Shown: positions 1 to 7,021 of the stretch, one piece after another
Numbering within the stretch: position 1 is the first letter of the stretch
How the letters are laid out: each line of letters begins with the position of its first letter
Virus genome (UHGV): UHGV-1381044
Strand: one strand, 5' to 3'
DNA: 44,017 nucleotides
Source: a virus
Translations under genes and position numbers: made by a program
Notes under the pieces: generated by a model
Databases searched by the model: none
Seen by the model: only the letters and a program-made list of their open reading frames with translations
What the model was told of the DNA's origin: nothing

Positions 1-57
1 CCACATCTTGCCGACCTGTGAGCTGTCACACATCTTGCCGACCTGTGAGCTGTCCAA
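1..57. repeat. Two further units of the same 27-bp repeat at the window start.
   Basis: Positions 4-57 repeat cacatcttgccgacctgtgagctgtc. Confidence 0.95.
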
Positions 58-456
58 CATCACGCGTACATCATTAAGCAACTTTTTCACTTCGCAGCGT
101 TTAAGCCGGTAAAAACCAGTTTTCAGCTCTTCCAGCTTTTTGTCAACAAGTACATGCTTTCTCCACCAGTCGCATACTGATTCGCGGAACTCTTTCTCAT
201 GCGTTTCTTTGTCAAACCAATCAGGAATTATATCTTGATCAACGACAAACACCCATTTCTCCGGTTTTTCTTCCGGATCAATCCACCACTCATCATCTTT
301 TTTCGGTACCAGTTCAGCCCGAACAAAGGTTTTTGATGCGCCTATGTAATCGTCCTTAATTCCGAGGATTTTCAGCAAATCGGAATGGCTTTCATTATCT
401 TCTGGCGCAATTACGATTTTGTTTTTCAAGATAATTCCGCTCTTAAATCTACACAT
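1..456 (-). CDS. 5' part (152 codons) of a repeat-protein gene. It starts at ATG 454-456 and runs off the window start in-frame into the 27-bp repeat array. If the contig is circular it is continuous with 43451-44017.
   Basis: ATG at 456 is preceded by GGAGG (RC of 461-465) with a 6-nt spacer. No stop occurs in frame down to position 1. The last codons decode ...NDVRVMLDSSQVGKMCDSSQVGKMW. It is absent from the ORF track only because it is open-ended. Confidence 0.6.
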   Translation of the reverse strand, partial: MCRFKSGIILKNKIVIAPEDNESHSDLLKILGIKDDYIGASKTFVRAELVPKKDDEWWIDPEEKPEKWVFVVDQDIIPDWFDKETHEKEFRESVCDWWRKHVLVDKKLEELKTGFYRLKRCEVKKLLNDVRVMLDSSQVGKMCDSSQVGKMW

Positions 457-468
457 TGTTTTCCTCCG

Positions 469-705
469 TTAAATCACATTGTTTTTTTCGCCGTCCTCTA
501 TCCCTGCGGCCTTTAATATGGCCCACAGTTCCCGCAGTCTCATAGATCCTGGATCTTGTTTCCGCAGACGGTAAGTCGACAGTTTCATCCCCGCCATTTT
601 AGCCATGCGCTGATCGTCGTAGCGCTTGCGGGATTTGATTACGTCAAGGAGTATCTGGAGGTTTTCCCCTTTCTCCTCGGCGTATGTCTTTTTTTTAAGC
701 GCCAT
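469..705 (-). CDS. Small DNA-binding (HTH-like) protein of 79 aa. The ORF track extends it to 765.
   Basis: ATG at 703-705 is preceded by a G-rich RBS (gggggtagtATG). Basic/HTH-like sequence MAGMKLSTYRLRK...LRELWAILKAAG. It lies immediately upstream of the repeat-protein gene on the same strand. Confidence 0.5.
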   Translation of the reverse strand: MALKKKTYAEEKGENLQILLDVIKSRKRYDDQRMAKMAGMKLSTYRLRKQDPGSMRLRELWAILKAAGIEDGEKNNVI

Positions 706-847
706 ACTACCCCCGATCTTGTAAATGCTCTTGTGTTCAAAGCCAGTGTAAAAACCCATAAGCATCCAATCTAACGCGTAGCACTGCTACCGTGTTGCGC
801 CTACTTACGGGCCGGAGAGGCTCCTGCCAGCTCCGGGCATACAGCTA

Positions 848-895
848 TTTACATTAACATTTTCATTTACATTAACATTTACCTTTACATTAGGT
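848..895. repeat. Iteron-like direct repeats: ATTTACATTAACATT twice (848-862 and 866-880) plus a partial TTTACATTAGG.
   Basis: Read directly from the sequence. They sit in the divergent intergenic region between the 469-705 gene and the 997 gene. Confidence 0.6.
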
Positions 896-908
896 TTTCC
901 GATTACAT

Positions 909-942
909 AACCTATGGTTTTGCAATTTAAAAACCTATGGTT
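909..942. promoter_or_regulatory. Two copies of the imperfect palindrome AACCTATGGTT (909-919 and 932-942). A third copy is at 4600-4610. Candidate operator.
   Basis: Read directly from the sequence. The second copy overlaps the -35 region of the 997 gene promoter. Confidence 0.4.
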
Positions 943-955
943 ATTTACTCCTTAT

Positions 956-966
956 GTGATATAATT
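956..966 (+). promoter_or_regulatory. Extended -10 promoter element TGaTATAAT upstream of the membrane moron. It overlaps a GTGATA half-site.
   Basis: tgtgatataat lies 30 nt upstream of ATG 997, and the RBS aagaaagga precedes the ATG. Confidence 0.4.
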
Positions 967-996
967 AATACAACATCACATTAAGAAAGGACTTTT

Positions 997-1512
997 ATGT
1001 ACTTAGTAATATTTATTGCTGGAATTGCAATCATTAAATTTGTATTGAATTTTTCTAGGCTCATTGAAACACTTATAATTTTCCGTATTTTTCAAAAACA
1101 GCCTAAAAACGTAGCGCAATATTGCCCATTTGCGACTGCTTTATTTAACGCAGCAGGAACCCAGCAAGTCATCATTTCTACCATACGCACTAATGGACTT
1201 TCCCAAGCCAGGCAAGATTACATTTCAAATTCCCTAGATAAAAAAGATTCTTATTTTGCGCTTGAAACTATTTTTCAAAAAACCATTGGTGTTTATAAAT
1301 TTCGTATATCGCAAAGCGTAAATCCTTTTTACTGGTTATTTCTACCAAAATACCTGCTCATGAGCTATTCAATAGAATTTCCATCTTTTATTGAAGCATT
1401 GCTCAATCTTGTCTATTGGTTTCTTGGCGTTGTCCTTTCATATTTTCTAGGAAAATATTTAGATCTTCATTATCAGGATCTTGTTTCGTACATACGCAGT
1501 ATGCTGATATGA
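997..1512 (+). CDS. AT-rich multi-pass membrane protein of 171 aa. It is a moron, possibly a superinfection-exclusion or abortive-infection type protein.
   Basis: ORF with an RBS and several hydrophobic segments. GC is much lower than the flanks. It lies in the lysogeny block on the strand opposite the neighbouring genes. Confidence 0.6.
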   Translation: MYLVIFIAGIAIIKFVLNFSRLIETLIIFRIFQKQPKNVAQYCPFATALFNAAGTQQVIISTIRTNGLSQARQDYISNSLDKKDSYFALETIFQKTIGVYKFRISQSVNPFYWLFLPKYLLMSYSIEFPSFIEALLNLVYWFLGVVLSYFLGKYLDLHYQDLVSYIRSMLI

Positions 1513-1675
1513 GAAATGCCCTTATCTCTTTTCTCTCTCGGCTACTGCGGCAATTTCGCAGTCTTATCACTTCATCAAACATTGCTTGATAAAGTACTGC
1601 TTTAATCTTTTCTGGATCTGTATCTAAAAATACAGGCTCATTAATCTGTCTTATTTCTGCTCACCTCCCCTTTTC

Positions 1676-1867
1676 TCACTTCTCCTCCTCATCCCGCCTG
1701 GTAGTCCTCCGCTCATCCTCGAACGCTTTTAAATCGTCCTCAGAAATCCGGTATTCTTTGCCGATGCGGATAGCCGGGAGCTTTTTTGTTCTGATCCAAT
1801 CCCATACGGTGATGATTTTCACGCCGTATCTCTCTGCGATTTCTCCGCAGTTATACATTTTTGACAA
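1676..1867 (-). CDS. Excisionase/MerR-like HTH DNA-binding protein of about 63 aa (Xis-type). The ORF track extends it to 2032.
   Basis: TTG at 1865-1867 lies 7 nt after GGAGG (RC of 1875-1879), and ATG 1856-1858 is in frame. The motif YNCGEIAERYGVKIITVWDWIRTKKLPAIRIGKEYRI is typical of HTH_17/Xis proteins. Confidence 0.55.
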   Translation of the reverse strand: MSKMYNCGEIAERYGVKIITVWDWIRTKKLPAIRIGKEYRISEDDLKAFEDERRTTRRDEEEK

Positions 1868-2292
1868 TTTATCACCTCCATCATTGTTGTGTTTCGTTCG
1901 GTTTTGTGTTACCATTGTTATGCCTAAACGGCAAAGGAAGGAGTGGTTATCATTGACCAAACTTTTGAATTTGCCTGTTCCCTTTGCTTCTAACCCGCCC
2001 ACACTGAAACCTCGACAGTCAAAACAGGTCAAAGGCGGCTCTGGTTGTTTTGTCAGCGATTAGGCATGTTGCAGAACCAAGACTGCTAAAGTGACAAGGT
2101 GCTTCAAGAAGCATTTGGTCTCGTCAGATGCGGCGTTAGCCTGCAAGGTACATAGGGTAAACAAATTTGGTAAAGAACTGTTAGGGACGAGACCCCTAGC
2201 AGTTTCTTTTTGCATCAAATCCGATAAGAGACTGATGAAACCGACACTTTCATCAGTTTTCTTTTTGCCCGGAATGGTGCTCTGGACAACTT

Positions 2293-2520
2293 TTATTTCC
2301 CATCACGAACAGAATCAGAAACAGGATTTTCCTCGTCCTCTAAAAGAGCTTCGATGCCGACTCCGAAGTAAGTTGCGATCTTCTTGATTTTGTCAGCTTT
2401 CGGCGTATATCTGCCAGCTTTCCAATTGCTCAGCGTTGCGGTAGATACTCCGGTTCTTTTTGCTACTTCATAGTCAGTAACACCAGCTTTATCCCTCAAT
2501 TCCGCATATTTGTTATACAT
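2293..2520 (-). CDS. XRE-family HTH regulator, Cro-like, 75 aa. The ORF track extends it to 2553.
   Basis: ATG at 2518-2520 follows RBS gaaaggatgg. It carries the HTH TGVSTATLSNWKAGRYTP and is divergent from the cI-like gene. Confidence 0.7.
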   Translation of the reverse strand: MYNKYAELRDKAGVTDYEVAKRTGVSTATLSNWKAGRYTPKADKIKKIATYFGVGIEALLEDEENPVSDSVRDGK

Positions 2521-2546
2521 TTTCACCATCCTTTCATAAATATATA

Positions 2547-2575
2547 TTGACAATAGTTAAGATTTCTAATATAAT
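2547..2575 (+). promoter_or_regulatory. Consensus sigma70-type promoter TTGACA-17-TATAAT directed at the cI-like gene.
   Basis: TTGACA at 2547-2552 and TATAAT at 2570-2575. Confidence 0.6.
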
Positions 2576-2627
2576 GAAGTCGTCGAACAAAGTTATAAAA
2601 GAAATCGAAGCTATTATCTTTGTCTGT

Positions 2628-2645
2628 AGCTTTGCTTTCAAAGCT
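2628..2645. promoter_or_regulatory. Perfect palindrome AGCTTTG-CTTT-CAAAGCT between the two predicted start sites. The TTTCAAAG half-site recurs at 2667-2674 and 2699-2706. Candidate operator.
   Basis: Read directly from the sequence. Confidence 0.5.
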
Positions 2646-2653
2646 ATGCTCAG

Positions 2654-2682
2654 AGTATAGCATTGATTTCAAAGTTTGTCAA
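2654..2682 (-). promoter_or_regulatory. Minus-strand promoter TTGACA-17-TATACT directed at the cro-like gene. It sits face-to-face with the 2547 promoter.
   Basis: RC of 2677-2682 is TTGACA and RC of 2654-2659 is TATACT, with a 17-nt spacer. Confidence 0.5.
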
Positions 2683-2726
2683 CAGATTTTAGCTAATTTT
2701 TCAAATTTATTTTAGAGGTGTAAACT

Positions 2727-3110
2727 ATGTATAGTAACTTTGAAAAGTTATGCTCCGAAAGAAACGTAACCCCTTACCGTGTATGCAAAGAAACGGGCAT
2801 TCCAACTGCTACGATAAGCAATTGGAAAGCCGGACGATACACACCTAAACAGGATAAGTTAAAAAGGATTGCTGATTTTTTCGGCGTGTCTGTTGACTTC
2901 TTAATAACAGGAAAGGAGGAAACTGCCGTTGCACAGGAAGAACACATTGATTTAAAAGCGGAATTTAACCGCATCAAGAAACTGTTGGAAAGCGGGGAAA
3001 ACGCACCGTTGTATTTTGACGGTCAGCCCGCAGATCAGGAGAGCATCAACTTGCTGCTCGATCAGATCAAGATATCCTTTGCGCTTATGGAACGTATGCG
3101 CAAAAAATAG
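2727..3110 (+). CDS. XRE-family HTH repressor (CI/ImmR-like), 127 aa.
   Basis: The N-terminal HTH (TGIPTATISNWKAGRYTP) is paralogous to the cro-like protein. It is followed directly by an ImmA-type protease. Confidence 0.8.
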   Translation: MYSNFEKLCSERNVTPYRVCKETGIPTATISNWKAGRYTPKQDKLKRIADFFGVSVDFLITGKEETAVAQEEHIDLKAEFNRIKKLLESGENAPLYFDGQPADQESINLLLDQIKISFALMERMRKK

Positions 3111-3122
3111 GAGAGGTAGAAC

Positions 3123-3548
3123 ATGACAGATGCAAAAAGGACAGCCGTTGAGCTATCGAAGAAATACCACACAAATGAACCGTTCGAATTAGCCGAACAG
3201 TTGGGGGTATATACACAGGTTGGACCTTTGGGGAAGATATTCGGATGCTGCTTAACCATAGCGGGGCAACGCTTCATTTACATAAACAGTGATCTGGATA
3301 CACCTACACAAAAGATGGTTGCGGCCCACGAACTGGGCCACGCCGTAATGCATCAGGAAGATTACTTCTTTTTTAACTGGATGCCGGACAGCTTGCACCG
3401 GAACCGTGCAGAGATCGAAGCTAACACTTTTGCTGTTGAGCTGCTTGTACCGGACAGTGTTGTGCTGGATCATCCAGGTTTTACTTTAGCGCAGCTATCC
3501 GCATTAACCGGATACGCTGAGGAGTTCTTGAAATTCAAAAGGTTTTAA
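3123..3548 (+). CDS. immA: ImmA/IrrE-family zinc metallopeptidase, the anti-repressor protease partner of an ImmR-type repressor.
   Basis: HEXXH motif AHELGHAVMH. The size and its position just downstream of the repressor match ImmR/ImmA modules. Confidence 0.8.
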   Translation: MTDAKRTAVELSKKYHTNEPFELAEQLGVYTQVGPLGKIFGCCLTIAGQRFIYINSDLDTPTQKMVAAHELGHAVMHQEDYFFFNWMPDSLHRNRAEIEANTFAVELLVPDSVVLDHPGFTLAQLSALTGYAEEFLKFKRF

Positions 3549-3725
3549 GGGGGATGTTTGGGATTGCACTACTTTTACGTGGGCCGTTATGGTAAAGGTA
3601 TCCTTTTTATATTTACTGCTGGGTTTTTCGGCATTGGATGGGTTTCAGACATATCAAAAATTTTGAAAGGGCGATTTGTCGATCAGTACGGTGCCCCGTT
3701 GATTGAGTGGTGATCTTATTTAGAA

Positions 3726-4391
3726 ATGATTGAGAAAGATGAAAAGCGAATTTTAGAACGCAAAGAGATTGAAAAGAATAGAGAAATTCAAGAAGAGAAC
3801 AAAAGAAAATTAAATTATTCTTTTACCATAAAAGATATGGAACAATTTAGCGAAATACCCTTTGAATGGTGCTGGGTAGATACCTTATCATACTCCAACG
3901 GCATTGCTTGGTTTATGTTAAACAAGAATAATCAATATATTGCCTTATCTGTTTTGGATTTTATTAACCAGATTTTAGTCAAATCTAAAGCTTATACAGG
4001 ATTCACAAAAAAATTGTATATTTGCACAGAAAACATAAATTTTGATTTTCCGGTTCCAATGCACAAGGATAGTCTTCCTTGGACATATGTGCAGTGTGTA
4101 CCTTATACTCCAAAAATGAAACTATCAAAGCATCCGGCAGTTTTACATTTTTGCGAATACGCTACCAAAAAAGAATACTGTGGTTTTGAATCATATGTCT
4201 ATTGTTCTCTTGGAGAGATATTTTTTATGCAGGATGGGAATATAGGGAAAGCCAATTTAGACATACCGCCTTATAAAATCCAAATCAGGCTTCATGGATT
4301 AAATTTAATTGTTAAGAGAATTGACAAATTTACCTCAATGGGGAATATTAATATCTACAAATTTAATCCTAAGGAATATAATGCTTTTTGA
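3726..4391 (+). CDS. AT-rich hypothetical protein of 221 aa. A moron, with no recognisable domain.
   Basis: Long ORF with much lower GC than the flanks, located between the immunity genes and int. Confidence 0.55.
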   Translation: MIEKDEKRILERKEIEKNREIQEENKRKLNYSFTIKDMEQFSEIPFEWCWVDTLSYSNGIAWFMLNKNNQYIALSVLDFINQILVKSKAYTGFTKKLYICTENINFDFPVPMHKDSLPWTYVQCVPYTPKMKLSKHPAVLHFCEYATKKEYCGFESYVYCSLGEIFFMQDGNIGKANLDIPPYKIQIRLHGLNLIVKRIDKFTSMGNINIYKFNPKEYNAF

Positions 4392-4563
4392 TTTTATTTA
4401 ATTCTTCAGATTGTTGAGCTAGATGAGCGCCAAATTCAAAAGCTTCTCTTACAGCAGCTTTCATCTGCCGCAGAGGAGAGGGGGCATTCTCAGGAGTGAC
4501 GATGCTTTCCAGACGCTCAACACGATTTACTAAGTTATTCCATCGTTTTTTTGATATAAACAT
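4369..4563 (-). CDS. Small hypothetical protein of 64 aa. It is convergent with the 3726 gene and overlaps its 3' end by 23 nt.
   Basis: RBS aaaggatgg lies upstream of ATG 4563. The sequence looks coiled-coil-like. Confidence 0.4.
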   Translation of the reverse strand: MFISKKRWNNLVNRVERLESIVTPENAPSPLRQMKAAVREAFEFGAHLAQQSEELNKIKKHYIP

Positions 4564-4665
4564 AAAATACCATCCTTTTTATTTTTATCATATCAGAAAA
4601 ACCTATGGTTATATCACCAATATAAAAAACGCCCGGCGCTACCAACACCAGACGTTTTAAGGAAT

Positions 4666-4678
4666 GTGATATTATCAC
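4666..4678. promoter_or_regulatory. Perfect palindrome GTGATA-T-TATCAC overlapping the predicted int promoter (TATAAT at 4692-4697). TATCAC/GTGATA half-sites also occur at 957-962, 4612-4617 and 4697-4702.
   Basis: Read directly from the sequence. Confidence 0.45.
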
Positions 4679-4782
4679 GAACCTACACCCGTATAATATC
4701 ACATTTCCAAGCAGTCACGCAAGATAAAATAAAAAAAATCTGGTGGCTGTATTTTTTATACCCAAAAAAGGAGTGTGCAACT

Positions 4783-6024
4783 ATGGCAAAAGCAAAAAAA
4801 TTACCTTCCGGATCATGGCGCGTACTGGTGTTTGACCACTACGAGCCTGTCTTAAATCCAGACGGAACACCCGTCATGCAAAACGGAAAACCGAAGCAAA
4901 AAAGAATCTACCAGTCCTTTACAGATGATGACCCATCAATTAAAGGGCGCAAACGGGTCGAATTGGCAGCTGCACAATACATGGCAGAGAAAGATTCACG
5001 TGAAGCGGAAAGGCGCAACCAAGAGGCGAATATGACGCTTAGAGGGGCGGCAAAAAAATATATAGATCTGTGCAGAACACTGAAAAGGTCTCCATCCACT
5101 ATAGAAGACTATGAGTGCATCATGCGGAACGGGTTCCAGGATCTTTTTAACATGCGCCTGTGTGACATATCAGAAGAGCTTCTGCAAAATGCCATAGCCA
5201 AAGAAGCGCAGCGGCCTGTCAACGGGAAGCCAGGCAAGACCCTTACAGCAAAGCGGCTGAAAAATGAGTGGGGGTTTATATCCTCTGTGCTCCACAAGTA
5301 CACAGACATCCGCACAGACAACTTGCAGCTACCTACACCAACACAAAGAATGGTTGACCTTCCAGATGCAAAAACGGTTATGGATATAGTCCGCGGCACC
5401 GAAATGGAGCTGCCGGTACTGCTTGCAATGTGGCTGTCGTTCACAGCCTCAGAAATCCGCGGCCTTACAAAGTCCAAATCCATTAACGGCGATTACATAA
5501 CGATAAAAGAGACGGTCGTAACCGTAAATGGAAAAGCTGTAAGAAAAGAAACAGCGAAAAACAACACGCGAAAACGCAAACACAAAATACCGGCTTATAT
5601 AAAAGGTCTGATTGACAAGGTTCCCGGAGATGTACTGGTGCCGATGACTGACGTTGCACTGCACCACCGCTGGAAACGCTTGCAAAAAATCCACGGTATA
5701 AAGGACCCTATCACTTTTCACGATCTGCGGCACCTCAATGCCTCTGTTATGGCCCTGCTGCAAATACCAGACAAATACGCCCAGGAGCGCGGCGGCTGGA
5801 AGTCGGATGCCGTTATGAAAAAAGTCTACATGCAGACATTTTCAGCTGAGCGGCAAAAGGTTGATGATAAAATTGACAGCTACTTTGAGAGTATCGTAGG
5901 AACCGAAAAAAGCGAAAAAGAATCCATAAAAGAAGTTGTGAACCGGCTAAAAAAGGAAGATCCGGAGGGATGGAAAAAAGCTGTTTTGGAAGCTATGCAA
6001 CACGAAATGCAACACGCGCAATAA
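4783..6024 (+). CDS. int: Tyrosine site-specific integrase (phage integrase family), 413 aa. The ORF track begins it at GTG 4666.
   Basis: RBS aaaggag lies 9 nt before ATG 4783. The C-terminal catalytic region HDLRHL...GGW...KKVYMQ (R-H-R-Y type) is present, and an attP-like region lies immediately downstream. Confidence 0.9.
   Translation: MAKAKKLPSGSWRVLVFDHYEPVLNPDGTPVMQNGKPKQKRIYQSFTDDDPSIKGRKRVELAAAQYMAEKDSREAERRNQEANMTLRGAAKKYIDLCRTLKRSPSTIEDYECIMRNGFQDLFNMRLCDISEELLQNAIAKEAQRPVNGKPGKTLTAKRLKNEWGFISSVLHKYTDIRTDNLQLPTPTQRMVDLPDAKTVMDIVRGTEMELPVLLAMWLSFTASEIRGLTKSKSINGDYITIKETVVTVNGKAVRKETAKNNTRKRKHKIPAYIKGLIDKVPGDVLVPMTDVALHHRWKRLQKIHGIKDPITFHDLRHLNASVMALLQIPDKYAQERGGWKSDAVMKKVYMQTFSAERQKVDDKIDSYFESIVGTEKSEKESIKEVVNRLKKEDPEGWKKAVLEAMQHEMQHAQ
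5993..6020. repeat. 28-bp direct repeat, copy 1: CTATGCAACACGAAATGCAACACGCGCA. It contains ATGCAACACG twice. Candidate Int arm-type sites.
   Basis: Read directly from the sequence. An identical copy lies at 6198-6225. Confidence 0.8.
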
Positions 6025-6026
6025 AA

Positions 6027-6049
6027 AATGGCTTATTTAAGCCATTTTT
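6027..6049. terminator. Rho-independent, probably bidirectional terminator after int.
   Basis: AAAAA, then the stem AATGGCTTA-TT-TAAGCCATT, then TTT. Confidence 0.6.
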
Positions 6050-6051
6050 CA

Positions 6052-6079
6052 AGAGCAGACAACGGGAATCGAACCCGTC
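6052..6079 (-). other. 3'-terminal fragment of a tRNA gene, comprising the T-arm and the acceptor 3' strand with no 5' half. Probable attP core.
   Basis: The RC reads GACGGG-TTCGATT-CCCGT-TGTCTGC-T, a canonical T-stem/loop plus a 7-nt acceptor strand and discriminator. No D-arm or anticodon arm lies upstream. Confidence 0.6.
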
Positions 6080-6197
6080 AAAGTAAAAACTCACAAACCC
6101 GCAAAAACGCTGAAATGTAGCATTTATGCGGGTTTGCGGGTTATAAATATTTATTGCTTGCTCTATAAATATATCACAAATAATACATTTTTGCGTT

Positions 6198-6225
6198 CTA
6201 TGCAACACGAAATGCAACACGCGCA
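6198..6225. repeat. 28-bp direct repeat, copy 2.
   Basis: Identical to 5993-6020. Confidence 0.8.
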
Positions 6226-6250
6226 TTACCTCATGCTGCACCGTTTTTGA

Positions 6251-6285
6251 CTATTTTCCTGACGTCAGGAAAATAGTGATATCAC
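6251..6285. promoter_or_regulatory. 26-bp perfect palindrome CTATTTTCCTGAC|GTCAGGAAAATAG (6251-6276), overlapping a second palindrome GTGATATCAC (6276-6285).
   Basis: Read directly from the sequence. It has no flanking T-run, so it looks more like a protein-binding site than a terminator. Confidence 0.6.
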
Positions 6286-6298
6286 TAATGAATAAAAA

Positions 6299-7021
6299 TC
6301 ACGATTGAACATATGCAGCAACAGTCGTTTTCACAGAAAAATCACCAGTGCAATCCATTGCATTGATAGTGGTTTGTCCATTTGTCTTGATTGTAATTAA
6401 TACTGGCTTACCAAGATTTGTTATTGCATACAATACAATATTATTTGAAATTTTCAATTCTGAATGATATGCAAGAATATACTCAGACCAAGATGTTGCA
6501 TTCTTAATACCAAAATCGATTTGATATAATGCAAGATGCGCACCAATTTTTTTTATTCTGGAATATGAGGTAACATTATTTTCTGCTTCCAAAACAATAT
6601 CAATATCACTATTTAGCTGAGTAATGCTCTGGTTCATAGAGTAGGCCAGTGCCGCAGAAACACCTTTAGTCTTGTCATTAGTCTGCACGCTTACCAGATC
6701 GCTGATCTTAAGCAGTTTAGTAGCAGCCTGATCTACTACCCAATCTACTAAATCCTGCGCAGACACTGTACCACCTACTTCTCCCAGCACTCCGCTGTTA
6801 TCCTCTGCCTGTACGGATCCCAAGGCAGTAGGATCAAATCCCTTTGCCATAAGCTGATAATTTACATGGTCGTCTGTAGGTGTGACCCCCTGAACCGTCT
6901 TTAAGGTTATATAGGTGCTGTTATCGTACATTACCATCGTAAGCTGTTCATACACCGCCTCCGGATTATATACACCACCGTTTGTGATCATCCACTTACC
7001 TAAATCTGTTGTGCTTGCCAC
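6299..7021 (-). CDS. Tail-associated hypothetical protein at the distal end of the tail module.
   Basis: Its position is last in the tail operon. It is Ser/Thr/Asn-rich. Confidence 0.45.
   Translation of the reverse strand: MASTTDLGKWMITNGGVYNPEAVYEQLTMVMYDNSTYITLKTVQGVTPTDDHVNYQLMAKGFDPTALGSVQAEDNSGVLGEVGGTVSAQDLVDWVVDQAATKLLKISDLVSVQTNDKTKGVSAALAYSMNQSITQLNSDIDIVLEAENNVTSYSRIKKIGAHLALYQIDFGIKNATSWSEYILAYHSELKISNNIVLYAITNLGKPVLITIKTNGQTTINAMDCTGDFSVKTTVAAYVQS

Noticed and set aside
556-774. Plus-strand ORF of 72 aa overlapping the HTH gene.
   Set aside because: It is antisense to a gene with a good RBS and has no RBS of its own.
1758-2387. Plus-strand ORFs 1758..2063 and 2091..2387.
   Set aside because: They overlap the excisionase-like and cro-like genes in antisense and have no start signals.
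3549-3725. Possible tiny hydrophobic peptide ORFs of 13-25 codons in the intergenic region before the 3726 moron.
   Set aside because: They are too short and lack convincing RBSs, so they cannot be supported from sequence alone.
5109-5763. Antisense ORFs inside the integrase gene (5109..5483, 5449..5763, 4908..5099).
   Set aside because: They have no RBS and lie entirely within a well-supported integrase CDS on the other strand.
6251-6276. The 26-bp perfect palindrome considered as a rho-independent terminator for the 6299 gene.
   Set aside because: It has no T-run on either side in the relevant orientation, so it is more consistent with a protein-binding site.
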